From Deltaproteobacteria bacterium (GTDB taxonomy: Bacteria > Myxococcota > Kuafuiibacteriia > Kuafuiibacteriales > Kuafuiibacteriaceae): a stretch of DNA of 64,000 nt. The notes below the pieces were generated by a model. That model saw nothing but the letters and a program-made list of their open reading frames with translations, was not told the origin of the DNA and did no database searches. Position 1 is the stretch's first letter. The number at the start of each line of letters is the position of its first letter. Made by a program: the position numbers and the translations under genes. Positions 28,722-37,104 of this stretch are shown here, one piece after another. The stretch spans positions 32,001 to 96,000 of the forward strand of contig JAVJQW010000007.1 in assembly GCA_040218735.1 (NCBI GenBank), in the 5' to 3' direction.

Positions 28722-30191
28722 ATGACACGCGATTTGGTCCTCGCCATCGATCAGGGAACGACCGGAACGACCGTTTTGGCGGTCGACAAGACGCTCGAGG
28801 TGATCGCCAAGGAGAACCGCGAGTTCCGGCAGATCTACCCCAAACCCGGCTGGGTGGAGCACGACCTGGAGGACATCTGGGCCTCCACGGAGGCGACGCT
28901 CGCCGCGGTGCTCGCGCAGGTGGACGCAAACCGCATCGCCGCGATCGGCATCACGAACCAGCGCGAGACCGTCGGGCTGTGGGAGCGCGACACGAACAAG
29001 CCGATCCACAACGCGATCGTGTGGCAGTGCCGGCGCACCGCGGATCGGTGCAAGGCGCTCAAGGACGCGGGGCACGAGCCGCGCATTCGCAAGAAGACCG
29101 GCCTGGTGCTCGACCCGTACTTCTCCGGGACCAAGGCGGCGTGGCTCCTCGACGAGGTCGAGGGCGCGCGGAAGCGGGCGGAGGCGGGCGACCTCGCAGC
29201 GGGGACGATCGACACGTTCTTGGTGTGGCGGCTGACCGGCGGCGCGGCGCACGTGACCGACGTGTCGAACGCGTCGCGCACGATGTTGTGTGACCTCGCG
29301 ACGCTCGACTGGGACGACGAGCTGCTCGGCATCCTGAACGTGCCGCGCGCGATCCTCCCGTCGGTGCGCTCGTGCGCCGAAGTGTACGGCACGACGAAGG
29401 GCGTGAAGGGGCTGCCGGACGGCATCCCGATCGCGGGCATGGCGGGCGATCAGCAGGCGGCGCTCTTCGGCCAGGCGTGTTTCGTGCCGGGCGAGGTGAA
29501 GTGCACGTACGGGACGGGCGCGTTCATCCTCGTGAACACCGGCTCGGAGCTACACCACTCCTCGACGGGGATGCTCACCACCGTGGGCTGGCGCATCGGG
29601 GACGGCCAACCGACGTATGCGCTGGAGGGCGCGGTGTTCATCGCGGGCGCGGCGGTGCAGTGGCTGCGCGATGGGCTGGAGCTGTTCGACTCGGCGCCCC
29701 AGATCGAAGCGCTCGCGAAGTCGGTCCCGAACTCGGGTGACCTCGTGTTCGTCCCCGCCCTGACGGGGCTCGGCGCGCCGCACTGGAAGCCCGAGGCGCG
29801 CGGGTTGATCAGCGGCATCACGCGCGACACCACGAAGGCGCACCTCGCGCGCGCGACGCTCGAGGGCATCGCGCTTTCGTGCCACGAGGTCATCACCGCG
29901 ATGCAGCAGGAGACGGGGAAGCTCGCGCAGATCCGCGTGGACGGCGGCGCGGCGGCGAACGATCTGCTGATGCAGATCCAGGCCGACCTCGCGGGCACCG
30001 AAGTCGTGCGCCCGAAGATGCTCGAGACCACCGCCGCCGGCGCCGCGTTCCTCGCGGGCCTCGGCGCGGGCGTGTTCGAGTCGCAGGACGCGATCCGCGA
30101 GGCCTGGCGCGAGGACCGGAGGTTCACGCCGAACGCGGGGGCGGCGGATCACCTGTTGGAGAAGTGGAGGGCGGCGGTCCCGAAGGCCTAG
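28722..30191 (+). CDS. glpK: Glycerol kinase
   Basis: IDQGTTGT, PGWVEHD, GITNQRET, NAIVWQCRRT, DPYFSGTK, GDQQAALFGQ, KCTYGTG, VDGG, ETTA. Confidence 0.98.
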   Translation: MTRDLVLAIDQGTTGTTVLAVDKTLEVIAKENREFRQIYPKPGWVEHDLEDIWASTEATLAAVLAQVDANRIAAIGITNQRETVGLWERDTNKPIHNAIVWQCRRTADRCKALKDAGHEPRIRKKTGLVLDPYFSGTKAAWLLDEVEGARKRAEAGDLAAGTIDTFLVWRLTGGAAHVTDVSNASRTMLCDLATLDWDDELLGILNVPRAILPSVRSCAEVYGTTKGVKGLPDGIPIAGMAGDQQAALFGQACFVPGEVKCTYGTGAFILVNTGSELHHSSTGMLTTVGWRIGDGQPTYALEGAVFIAGAAVQWLRDGLELFDSAPQIEALAKSVPNSGDLVFVPALTGLGAPHWKPEARGLISGITRDTTKAHLARATLEGIALSCHEVITAMQQETGKLAQIRVDGGAAANDLLMQIQADLAGTEVVRPKMLETTAAGAAFLAGLGAGVFESQDAIREAWREDRRFTPNAGAADHLLEKWRAAVPKA

Positions 30192-30410
30192 CCGGCTGAC
30201 GAAGTCAGCCCGGCCCCTTGAACTTGAACTTGCCCTTACCCTTGCCCTCATGCGGCGAGCGGTTCTCGGAGAGATAAGAGGAAGCGGGGCCCGGGGAGGG
30301 TGCCTTCCGTTCATCCACTGAGTGGATTCAATCCCTTTCGCATCCAGGGCAAGGGTCAGTTCAAGTTCAAGTTCAAGTTCGGCCGGGGCCGACTTCGTCT
30401 GGCCCCGGCT
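30190..30410. repeat. Intergenic element with ~60-bp imperfect terminal inverted repeats (REPIN/MITE-like)
   Basis: The left arm (30190-30248) matches the reverse complement of the right arm (30346-30410). Both carry a GAC-GAA-GTC hairpin, (TTGAAC)n hexamers and ACCCTTGCCCT. Confidence 0.75.
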
Positions 30411-32098
30411 CAGCGGTCGAAGAACACGCCGCCCATGTACCCCTTGTCGCGCAGCTCGATGAGGAGCTCGAGGTTCGGCTTCGTGTGCTGGCCCTTGAGC
30501 ACGTCGGCCCACGTCGGGGCGACGAGGTTGTAGTTGCCTCCGGTCGTCGTCCCCTTCACCGCGTGATGGATCGCGTGAATCTGCGACATCTTCGCCATCC
30601 ACTCGCTCTTCAGGAGCGGGCGTAGGAAGGCCGGCGCGTCCTCGATCACCTCGTTTGCGCGACCGTGCATCTTCGGGTGCAGCAGCGCAGGTCCGCCCGG
30701 CATCAGCAGGGAGGTGAGCCAGAAGATCGAGTGGAACGCGGCGCCGGGGCCCCCGCCTCCGCTCGCGCGTGCCGCGATCTCGGCGGCGGCGCTGAGACCG
30801 ACGAACAGCGGTGACTGCGCGACCCACCAAAAGAACATCTCGCGGGGCGGGAGCTTGAGGCCGTACGAGCTGTCTTCGAGCGCCTTTTGTGCCAGCGGCG
30901 ACTCGCGCTCCGCGATCTTCGCGTCCAGGCGCGCCTTGTCCTCGGGGCTGGCGAACTGGTCGGCGAACTGCCCGCGCCGGTAGGTCATGCCGTGGTGATA
31001 GCGGTGGTGCCGCGCGCCACGCTCCATCGGATGGGATAGGACCTTGGGGAGCGCGTCCTCGTACTTCGCGATGAGGCGATCCGTCGCGTGGTAGATGAAC
31101 TGGTGGAGGTTGCTCTCCGAGACCGACCACGCCGCCCAACCCAAGGAGAGCGCGGCGAGGCCCGGCGCGCCGGTCTTGGCGAAGGCGAGGGCGAGCATCG
31201 AGAGGCTCGCGAGGTGCCGCTGACCGAGGACGAAGTCCTCGCCGGGCGCCAGGTTCTCGAGCGCGGCGGCGCGTCCGCGGCGGACGTCCTGGAACGCACA
31301 CGCGTGGAATGAACGCGCCTCGGCGCCGGCCTTGCGGAGGACATTGCCGGGCAAGCGACGGTACGGCTCCTCCGGGTCGTGCGGCGTTCGAGTGAGCTGC
31401 GTCCAGCTCTTCGCGAGCATCGTTCGAACGGTCTGCTCGAGATCGGCAGCCTCGGGGTGACCTTCGAGCACGCCCCACCGCGCGAGGAAGAGGACGGCCG
31501 AGTGCTCTACGACGGTGAGCGGCTCCCGCGCTTGCTTCTTCTCCATGCCGTCGACCCAGGCTCGGATCGAGGCGATGGCGTCCACCGGCGGCGCGTCCTT
31601 CACCGCCTTGCGGACCTCGATAGCGCTCGTCAGCGCGGCGACGGCGTCGTCGGTCGATGCGCGCAACGACGCGCGTCCGGCGTCGTCCAGCTTCGGCGGC
31701 ACGAAGCTTTCGACCAGCTCCGCGGGCGCCTTGGCGAGGCGGACGAAGTCATCGAGCGTCACGTGTCTTGCGTTGCGAAGGACCCGGGCCGTCTTGCGCC
31801 CGTACTGCTCGGCGAACTGGCCTGCGACGCGAGAGGCGTTGGGGAAGTTCTCTGCCGCCGCCGTGAGGCCACGCTCGATCGGTTCCAGGGCTGCGCTCGC
31901 GATGCGACTGCGCTGCGCGGTCGCCGAGGGAGGCAACGGCTCGGACACGTCGACGGACGGCCGAACGTCGGGGCCGAGCGGCGGGGCGTTGCGGGTCGCT
32001 TGGGCCCCGACGTCGGCTTGGGGCTCCGTGTCGGTCTTGGCCGCCACCTCGGTGCCGTTCGTCGAAGAGACGCCGGTGTGGCGTGGGTCGAGCTTCAT
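30410..32098 (-). CDS. Fatty-acid hydroxylase/sterol desaturase-superfamily domain with long N-terminal extension
   Basis: His boxes ESNLHQFIYH, HHRYHH, LLHPKMH, IHAIHH, then GNYN, separated by hydrophobic helices. ATG 32098 has a GAGG RBS and an ATGA overlap. Confidence 0.75.
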   Translation of the reverse strand: MKLDPRHTGVSSTNGTEVAAKTDTEPQADVGAQATRNAPPLGPDVRPSVDVSEPLPPSATAQRSRIASAALEPIERGLTAAAENFPNASRVAGQFAEQYGRKTARVLRNARHVTLDDFVRLAKAPAELVESFVPPKLDDAGRASLRASTDDAVAALTSAIEVRKAVKDAPPVDAIASIRAWVDGMEKKQAREPLTVVEHSAVLFLARWGVLEGHPEAADLEQTVRTMLAKSWTQLTRTPHDPEEPYRRLPGNVLRKAGAEARSFHACAFQDVRRGRAAALENLAPGEDFVLGQRHLASLSMLALAFAKTGAPGLAALSLGWAAWSVSESNLHQFIYHATDRLIAKYEDALPKVLSHPMERGARHHRYHHGMTYRRGQFADQFASPEDKARLDAKIAERESPLAQKALEDSSYGLKLPPREMFFWWVAQSPLFVGLSAAAEIAARASGGGGPGAAFHSIFWLTSLLMPGGPALLHPKMHGRANEVIEDAPAFLRPLLKSEWMAKMSQIHAIHHAVKGTTTGGNYNLVAPTWADVLKGQHTKPNLELLIELRDKGYMGGVFFDR

Positions 32099-32523
32099 CG
32101 TCGACCTCGCTTGGGACGCAACGCGAGCCGCACCGAGATGGCGTCGTCGTCCATCAAGTAGCGTCGGATGAAACGATCGAGGAGGGCACGGTCGCCGAGC
32201 GCGAGGGGCTGTGGTCCCTCGAACGGGACCTCCGTTTCTCCGGTGAGGCGAAGGGCTTCGGTGCCGCTCACGAGGACGGCTGCGCTGTGGCGGCTCGGAA
32301 CCTCGGCGCGGTAGGACGCACCGCACGACTCGTCGACGAAGCGCCGTCCGTCGTCGCCGTCGAAGTCGATCGACCACCACTGGATGTGGTCCAGTAGGTG
32401 GACCCCGACACAGAGGCTCCCGCGGAGCGCCGACGGGGCCGGATCGGCCGCGACGACCGCGTCGAGCGCCCCGAGGCAGGGCACCGGCGTCGACGTGCAG
32501 TCCGAGTGTGCCATTTGACCCAT
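32095..32523 (-). CDS. Small hypothetical protein, possibly SCP2-like
   Basis: 142 aa, coupled to the downstream gene. The beta-strand pattern and GD..LL..F end loosely recall SCP2. Confidence 0.5.
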   Translation of the reverse strand: MGQMAHSDCTSTPVPCLGALDAVVAADPAPSALRGSLCVGVHLLDHIQWWSIDFDGDDGRRFVDESCGASYRAEVPSRHSAAVLVSGTEALRLTGETEVPFEGPQPLALGDRALLDRFIRRYLMDDDAISVRLALRPKRGRR

Positions 32524-32612
32524 CGCTGGTACGGGTTATCGACGACGGCGCTGAAGTGTGACGTCGATCTGTCAGGTAATCTCAGCGGAGGCTGAAGTCC
32601 GTGGGGCCGCGG

Positions 32613-33353
32613 TCAGATCGCCCGCATCATCACCCTCTCCCTAACCGGCGGCTCCTCCCCCGTGATCGTCACGTCCAGCATCCCGCCCCGGATCCGCGTC
32701 CCCGTGTGCTGAAACGCTACCTCCGCGAGGCACCGGCTCCACCCGTCCAGCCACAGCGCGAGCTCGTGGCGCTGGGATTCGCTCCCCGTACAGACCACCC
32801 ACAGGTCGACGTCGCTGCTCGGTCCCGCCGAGCCCGACTCGACGCTGCCGTAGATGAAGACCTTGTCCACGCCGAAGCGCTCCCGATCGAGCTCCTCCGC
32901 GAGCCGTTCGACGAAGCGGCTGCGCCAGCCCCAGTGGTCACCGGTCGCGCCGATGCGACCGTGGCTCAGCTCCTGCTGCTTCCATTCGAGATATTCGCCG
33001 AGGCGCCCCGCGATACAGCGGAGCAGCTCGTGCTCTTCGGGCAGGAACGGATCTCCTTCGCCTCCCCAGGCGACATCCGCGATCGTGATCGTCCCGAGGC
33101 GCGCGCCGAACGCGAGCAACGGCGCCTCCATCGCGTGCGTGTCGACGAAGCCCGGGTGCTCGTAGCTCCGGCCGAGGTAGCGGATGCGCGCGCGCGTCGA
33201 TTCGGGGCGTTGCCACCCGTCCGGGATGGCGGCGAGCGTCGCCTCGAAGACGGTCGCGGGGACCTCGTCGCGCTGCGCCGTCGCGCTCCCGACGCGGTAC
33301 AGGCAGCGCAGCTCCTTCGCGCGCTCGCGGAGGCTGTGGAGCTCGCCCGACAT
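32613..33353 (-). CDS. GAF-like + Pol-beta nucleotidyltransferase domain protein
   Basis: LRERAKELRCLY...GWQRPE...FLPEEHELL N-terminal part. HWGWR...FGVDKVFIYGSVESGSAGPSSDVDL carries the GS + DxD NTase motif. Confidence 0.75.
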   Translation of the reverse strand: MSGELHSLRERAKELRCLYRVGSATAQRDEVPATVFEATLAAIPDGWQRPESTRARIRYLGRSYEHPGFVDTHAMEAPLLAFGARLGTITIADVAWGGEGDPFLPEEHELLRCIAGRLGEYLEWKQQELSHGRIGATGDHWGWRSRFVERLAEELDRERFGVDKVFIYGSVESGSAGPSSDVDLWVVCTGSESQRHELALWLDGWSRCLAEVAFQHTGTRIRGGMLDVTITGEEPPVRERVMMRAI

Positions 33354-33412
33354 CGAGGTCGAGCACAGCACGAGCGGTGCATCTCGAAAAGGGCGAGCTC
33401 CGCGCTTCGTGG

Positions 33413-34000
33413 CTAGAAGTCACCCTCCCGCACGTAGGGCACGCTCCACAGGGTGACCTGCAGGAGCACGGACTTGCGCCAAGCCTCCTGCATCGCGTCG
33501 ACCACCTCCTTCGGCTCGCCGCTCTTCTCCAGGAACGGCCGCAGCGTCTGCACGATGGGTTGGATCAAAGGCACCAGGTACCGGAACGGAACGAGGGCTG
33601 TGCTCTCGACGCCGTCCGTACGGTTCTTGCCGACCCGGTGGTGCCGGCGACCGATCTCGAGCTGCTGGCGGAGCCAGGGCTCGTCGTAGCGCGCGTCGGC
33701 GGTGTCGGCGATCCAGCGGCCGAAGCGCGCGCGGACGCGCGCGAGGTAGTCCGCGTTGGGAGCGCCACCGTTCGGAGCGCTGAACTGCGCGAGGAGGAAG
33801 GGCTTGGACCCCACGAAGCCGTACCACACGTCGAGGATCTGCTCGGTCTGCGGTTCGAGGATCGCCCGGGATCGCCGGAGCGCCTCGACGTCTTCGTCGG
33901 TGAAGAGCGCCGTCTCCTTCATGGCCTCCAGCTCCTCCAGCCCAATGGGCGCGGGCGGCAGTCGGGCGTCTTGTTTGTCGTAGTAACCGGGGATCGTCAT
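33413..34000 (-). CDS. Protoglobin (single-domain sensor-type globin)
   Basis: IPGY N-terminus, ILDVWYGFVGS, YLARVRARFGRWI, EIGRRHHR (proximal His), PFRYL, LQVTLWSVPY..GDF. Follows the archaeal protoglobin pattern throughout. AAGGAG RBS. Confidence 0.93.
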   Translation of the reverse strand: MTIPGYYDKQDARLPPAPIGLEELEAMKETALFTDEDVEALRRSRAILEPQTEQILDVWYGFVGSKPFLLAQFSAPNGGAPNADYLARVRARFGRWIADTADARYDEPWLRQQLEIGRRHHRVGKNRTDGVESTALVPFRYLVPLIQPIVQTLRPFLEKSGEPKEVVDAMQEAWRKSVLLQVTLWSVPYVREGDF

Positions 34001-34017
34001 CTCATCTCCTTGTTTGG

Positions 34018-34094
34018 TGTCGACTCGATATGATATCGACTCGATACCAATTGATCGAAGAGAGGGCGGTTGTCCAGAGGGTGTCGACTCGATA
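34018..34094. promoter_or_regulatory. Three palindromic operator-like sites T(A/G)TCGA-C-TCGATA
   Basis: Copies at 34018-34030, 34034-34046 (perfect palindrome) and 34082-34094, in the divergent protoglobin/MarR intergenic region. Confidence 0.8.
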
Positions 34095-34098
34095 CGAT

Positions 34099-34695
34099 GT
34101 GCCCGTGCGGGGTACCTCGGAGGAGCGCCTTCATCTGGCGGTCGAGCGCATCAGCTCGCTGTTTCGCGCCGAGCTTCGCGAGGCAGCGTCGGCGCGAGGC
34201 CTCAAGCTCGTGCAGCTCGAGGCGCTCGTGTACCTGGCGATGGCCAATCGCTACAGCGACACGTCGAGCGCGGTCGCGGAGTACCTCGCCATTACGAAGG
34301 GGACGGCGAGCCAGACGCTCAACGCGCTGGAGCGGCGTGGTCTGATGACCCGCGTCCCCGACGCCGAGGATGGCCGGGTCGTTCACTGTCGGCTGACCGA
34401 CGAGGGGAACGCGGTCGCGGACGACGCGTTTCCGACGCCGCATCTTCGGAGCTTGGCGCCGCCCGATCGACGGGACGCGGTCGAGGCGGCGGCGGTCGAG
34501 CTCCTCCGCACGCTCCAGGCGGGAAGAGGCTACCGAACCTTCGGCCAGTGCCGGACCTGCGCGATGTTCGAGCGGCGCGGGTCGCGGTTTCGTTGCGGGC
34601 TGACGCAGGAGCGGTTGAGCACGCCCGACTCCCTCCGCATCTGCCGCGAACACACGACCGAGTCAGCGGGCGCCTCAACGCTACGGAACGAGTAG
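34099..34695 (+). CDS. MarR-family regulator with C-terminal Cys cluster
   Basis: wHTH VAEYLAITKGTASQTLNALERRGL...DGRVVHCRLTDEG. C-terminal CX2C-X11-C-X15-C-X2-H. GTG start inferred downstream of the operators. Confidence 0.88.
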   Translation: MPVRGTSEERLHLAVERISSLFRAELREAASARGLKLVQLEALVYLAMANRYSDTSSAVAEYLAITKGTASQTLNALERRGLMTRVPDAEDGRVVHCRLTDEGNAVADDAFPTPHLRSLAPPDRRDAVEAAAVELLRTLQAGRGYRTFGQCRTCAMFERRGSRFRCGLTQERLSTPDSLRICREHTTESAGASTLRNE

Positions 34696-37026
34696 CTCGG
34701 TCTCGACCAACGTGTACGCGACGAACGCCGCGACGCGGTCGTCGACGCCCTTGGCCTTCGTGAGCTGCGAGAGGCGTTTCCCTGCGGCGAGGCGGTCGGC
34801 GAGCTTCCGCTGCGCTTCCGTCAGCGCGAGCGCGTCGATCTCCCGCTCGAACATCCCCGCCGGACGAAACGCGGTCTCCCAGTGCCGTTTCTTCACGCGT
34901 TGCACGAGGTCGAGCGGGTGGAACGCCTTGCTCACCATCGGCATCACGAGGCTCGCGAGGCTCGACGCAAACGGGCGCGCGCCGTTCATCTCGACGCTCG
35001 AATCGAGGAAGACGTCGCCGGCCTCCCACGCGAACATGTCGATGAGCTTCTCGCGCTCGACCGCCGAAGCGTACGCGTCGAGGTTCGTCGCGAGACGTGC
35101 GCTCGCGACCTCGCTCAACCCGCGGTCGAGCTGCACCGCCTTGTGCACGATCTCTTCGAGCATCCCCTTCGGCACGAGCCGCTTCGACACCAGCAACGTG
35201 GGGAGCTGCAGCGACTCCTCGTTCGCGTACGCCGCGACGGGGCGCCCGTTCACGACGTCGAGCTCGCGGAAGTCGAACCGGCGGTAGCCGTGACACCGGA
35301 CGTAGAGCCGCCCCGTCACGCGCCGACGCGACAGGTCCGCGAAGACCCGCGCCATCGACGAGCTGTGGAGCTGCGCGATCAGGTGGTTCGGCGCGAGCTC
35401 GAAGTGTTCGTCGTCGCGCGTGAACGTCGTCTGCCCGGTGAGCTCCGCGTAGCGTTGGAGCGTCACCCACCGGCGCTGGTCCGCGGTGATCTTCGAGTCG
35501 CCGCTCATGCGCGCGAACGCCTCCGCCTGGAAGATGCGCTGCGCCTGGTCCAACGACACCGGCCCGACCACCGTCCCCTCGTGGTCCTGCAACCAGAACG
35601 GGTGCGGCCCCTCGTAGACCTGATTGATCCCGTACGAGCTCCAGCGGTTCTTCGCCATGTCGGCGATCTGCGCGGAGTGCCGGCGGATATCGAGGCCGGC
35701 GAGCAAGCTCTCTTGCGGGACGACCACGTCGGCGGTGGTCGACTCCTTCGCGGCGTCGGCCGCGGCGGTCCCGACCAATCGCTCGAGGTCCAACGCCTCC
35801 TCGTCCGGCGTCGGAAGATCCGCTGTGCCCGCCTTCTCGGGCTTGCCGACCATGATGCGCACGCCGGGCGGCAGGTCCGGCAGCGGCGTCACCTCGCGCA
35901 TCCCGGGACGCGGACGCGGGAACCCCGGCTCCTGCGGCGAACCCGCCTCCGACTCCTCGAAGGCCAGCGCCATCTCTTCGTCGTCGGGGGGCGCCTCGGG
36001 CGTCGACGCTTCCGGGGTGTTGCCGTGGCTGTCGAAGCTCGCGGGCGTCGCGCTCGACCCGGTCTTCTTGATCGGCTCCGCGACGCGCGCGGCTTCGCGG
36101 TCGCCGAGGAAGACCTCCAGCACCTCGCGGACCTTCTCGCGGTGCACCGGCGCGAAGTCTTCGTAGAGGACCTGCAGGAGCCTGGAGCGGAGCTCTCCGG
36201 CTGACTCGATTCGGTCGTCGCGCTCCGGCTGCAAGGCAGCTTGCAAGATCGTGTCGAGCTTCTCCGGAACGTCCTTGCGGATCTTCGAAGCGAGCGGCCG
36301 CTCGCCGTCGACGATCATCTTCATCGTCTCGAAGTCCGACTTGTGCGCGAAGAGGCGGCGCTGCGTGAGGCACTCCCAGAGCACCACGCCCGCGGCGAAC
36401 ACGTCGGCGCGCCCGTCGATCTCCAGGATGTGGAGCTGCTCGGGCGCCATGTAAGCGACCTTGCCCTTCATCTGGCCGGTGCGCGTCTGCGCCTGGAGCG
36501 TGTCGTCGCGCGCGACGCCGAAGTCGCCGAGCTTCACGTCCCCGAGGTGCGACAGGAAGATGTTCGAAGGGGTGACGTCCCGGTGCACGAGGTTGCGCGG
36601 TTGGCCCGCGTCGTCGACGAGCCCGTGCGCGTACGCCAGCCCGTCGAGGATCTCCGCCATACAGTGAATGGAGAACCACGGCGGGAGTCGTAGCTTTCGG
36701 CGCGACGCGGAGCGCAGCACGAACCGCAGGTCGGTCCCGCGCACGTACTCCATCACCATGAACAGCTCGCCGGTGTCCTCGACCTCCTCGAGCTCGAACA
36801 CCTGCACCACGTTCTTGTGGTTCACGGACGCCGCGATCTTCGCCTCGCGAACGAACATCTCCACGAACGCCTTGGTCTTCGCGAAGTGCGGGAGGATGCG
36901 TTTGATGACGACGGTCTTCTCGAACCCCGCCGCACCCGGCCGGCGCGCGCGGAAGACCTGCGCCATCCCGCCCTCGCCGAGCTTCTCCACCAGCTCGTAC
37001 TTGCCGAGCCGCTCTGCAGGAGCCAT
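34681..37026 (-). CDS. Hanks-type Ser/Thr protein kinase with C-terminal DUF4388-like region
   Basis: LGEGGMA, VIKRIL, HRDVTPSN, DFG, GKVAYMAPE. The C-terminal RRVTGRL...NGRPV...MFAWEAG pattern suggests DUF4388. Confidence 0.93.
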   Translation of the reverse strand: MAPAERLGKYELVEKLGEGGMAQVFRARRPGAAGFEKTVVIKRILPHFAKTKAFVEMFVREAKIAASVNHKNVVQVFELEEVEDTGELFMVMEYVRGTDLRFVLRSASRRKLRLPPWFSIHCMAEILDGLAYAHGLVDDAGQPRNLVHRDVTPSNIFLSHLGDVKLGDFGVARDDTLQAQTRTGQMKGKVAYMAPEQLHILEIDGRADVFAAGVVLWECLTQRRLFAHKSDFETMKMIVDGERPLASKIRKDVPEKLDTILQAALQPERDDRIESAGELRSRLLQVLYEDFAPVHREKVREVLEVFLGDREAARVAEPIKKTGSSATPASFDSHGNTPEASTPEAPPDDEEMALAFEESEAGSPQEPGFPRPRPGMREVTPLPDLPPGVRIMVGKPEKAGTADLPTPDEEALDLERLVGTAAADAAKESTTADVVVPQESLLAGLDIRRHSAQIADMAKNRWSSYGINQVYEGPHPFWLQDHEGTVVGPVSLDQAQRIFQAEAFARMSGDSKITADQRRWVTLQRYAELTGQTTFTRDDEHFELAPNHLIAQLHSSSMARVFADLSRRRVTGRLYVRCHGYRRFDFRELDVVNGRPVAAYANEESLQLPTLLVSKRLVPKGMLEEIVHKAVQLDRGLSEVASARLATNLDAYASAVEREKLIDMFAWEAGDVFLDSSVEMNGARPFASSLASLVMPMVSKAFHPLDLVQRVKKRHWETAFRPAGMFEREIDALALTEAQRKLADRLAAGKRLSQLTKAKGVDDRVAAFVAYTLVETELLVP

Positions 37027-37104
37027 CCCCCGATACCCCCGGCCCCGCGATGGGACCGCTCTCTGGTCTAATACGCCTTTGCCTCTCTGGCCAGCGACAC
37101 GCGG

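Noticed and set aside
30346-30380. (GTTCAA)n repeats as a CRISPR array, or as coding ELELEL/FKFKFK tracts
   Set aside because: Hexamers with no spacers and no cas genes. They are better explained as part of the inverted-repeat element.
33413-34000. Functional link between the protoglobin and the kai cluster
   Set aside because: About 20 kb apart with unrelated genes between, and I did not notice the MarR operator near the kai genes.
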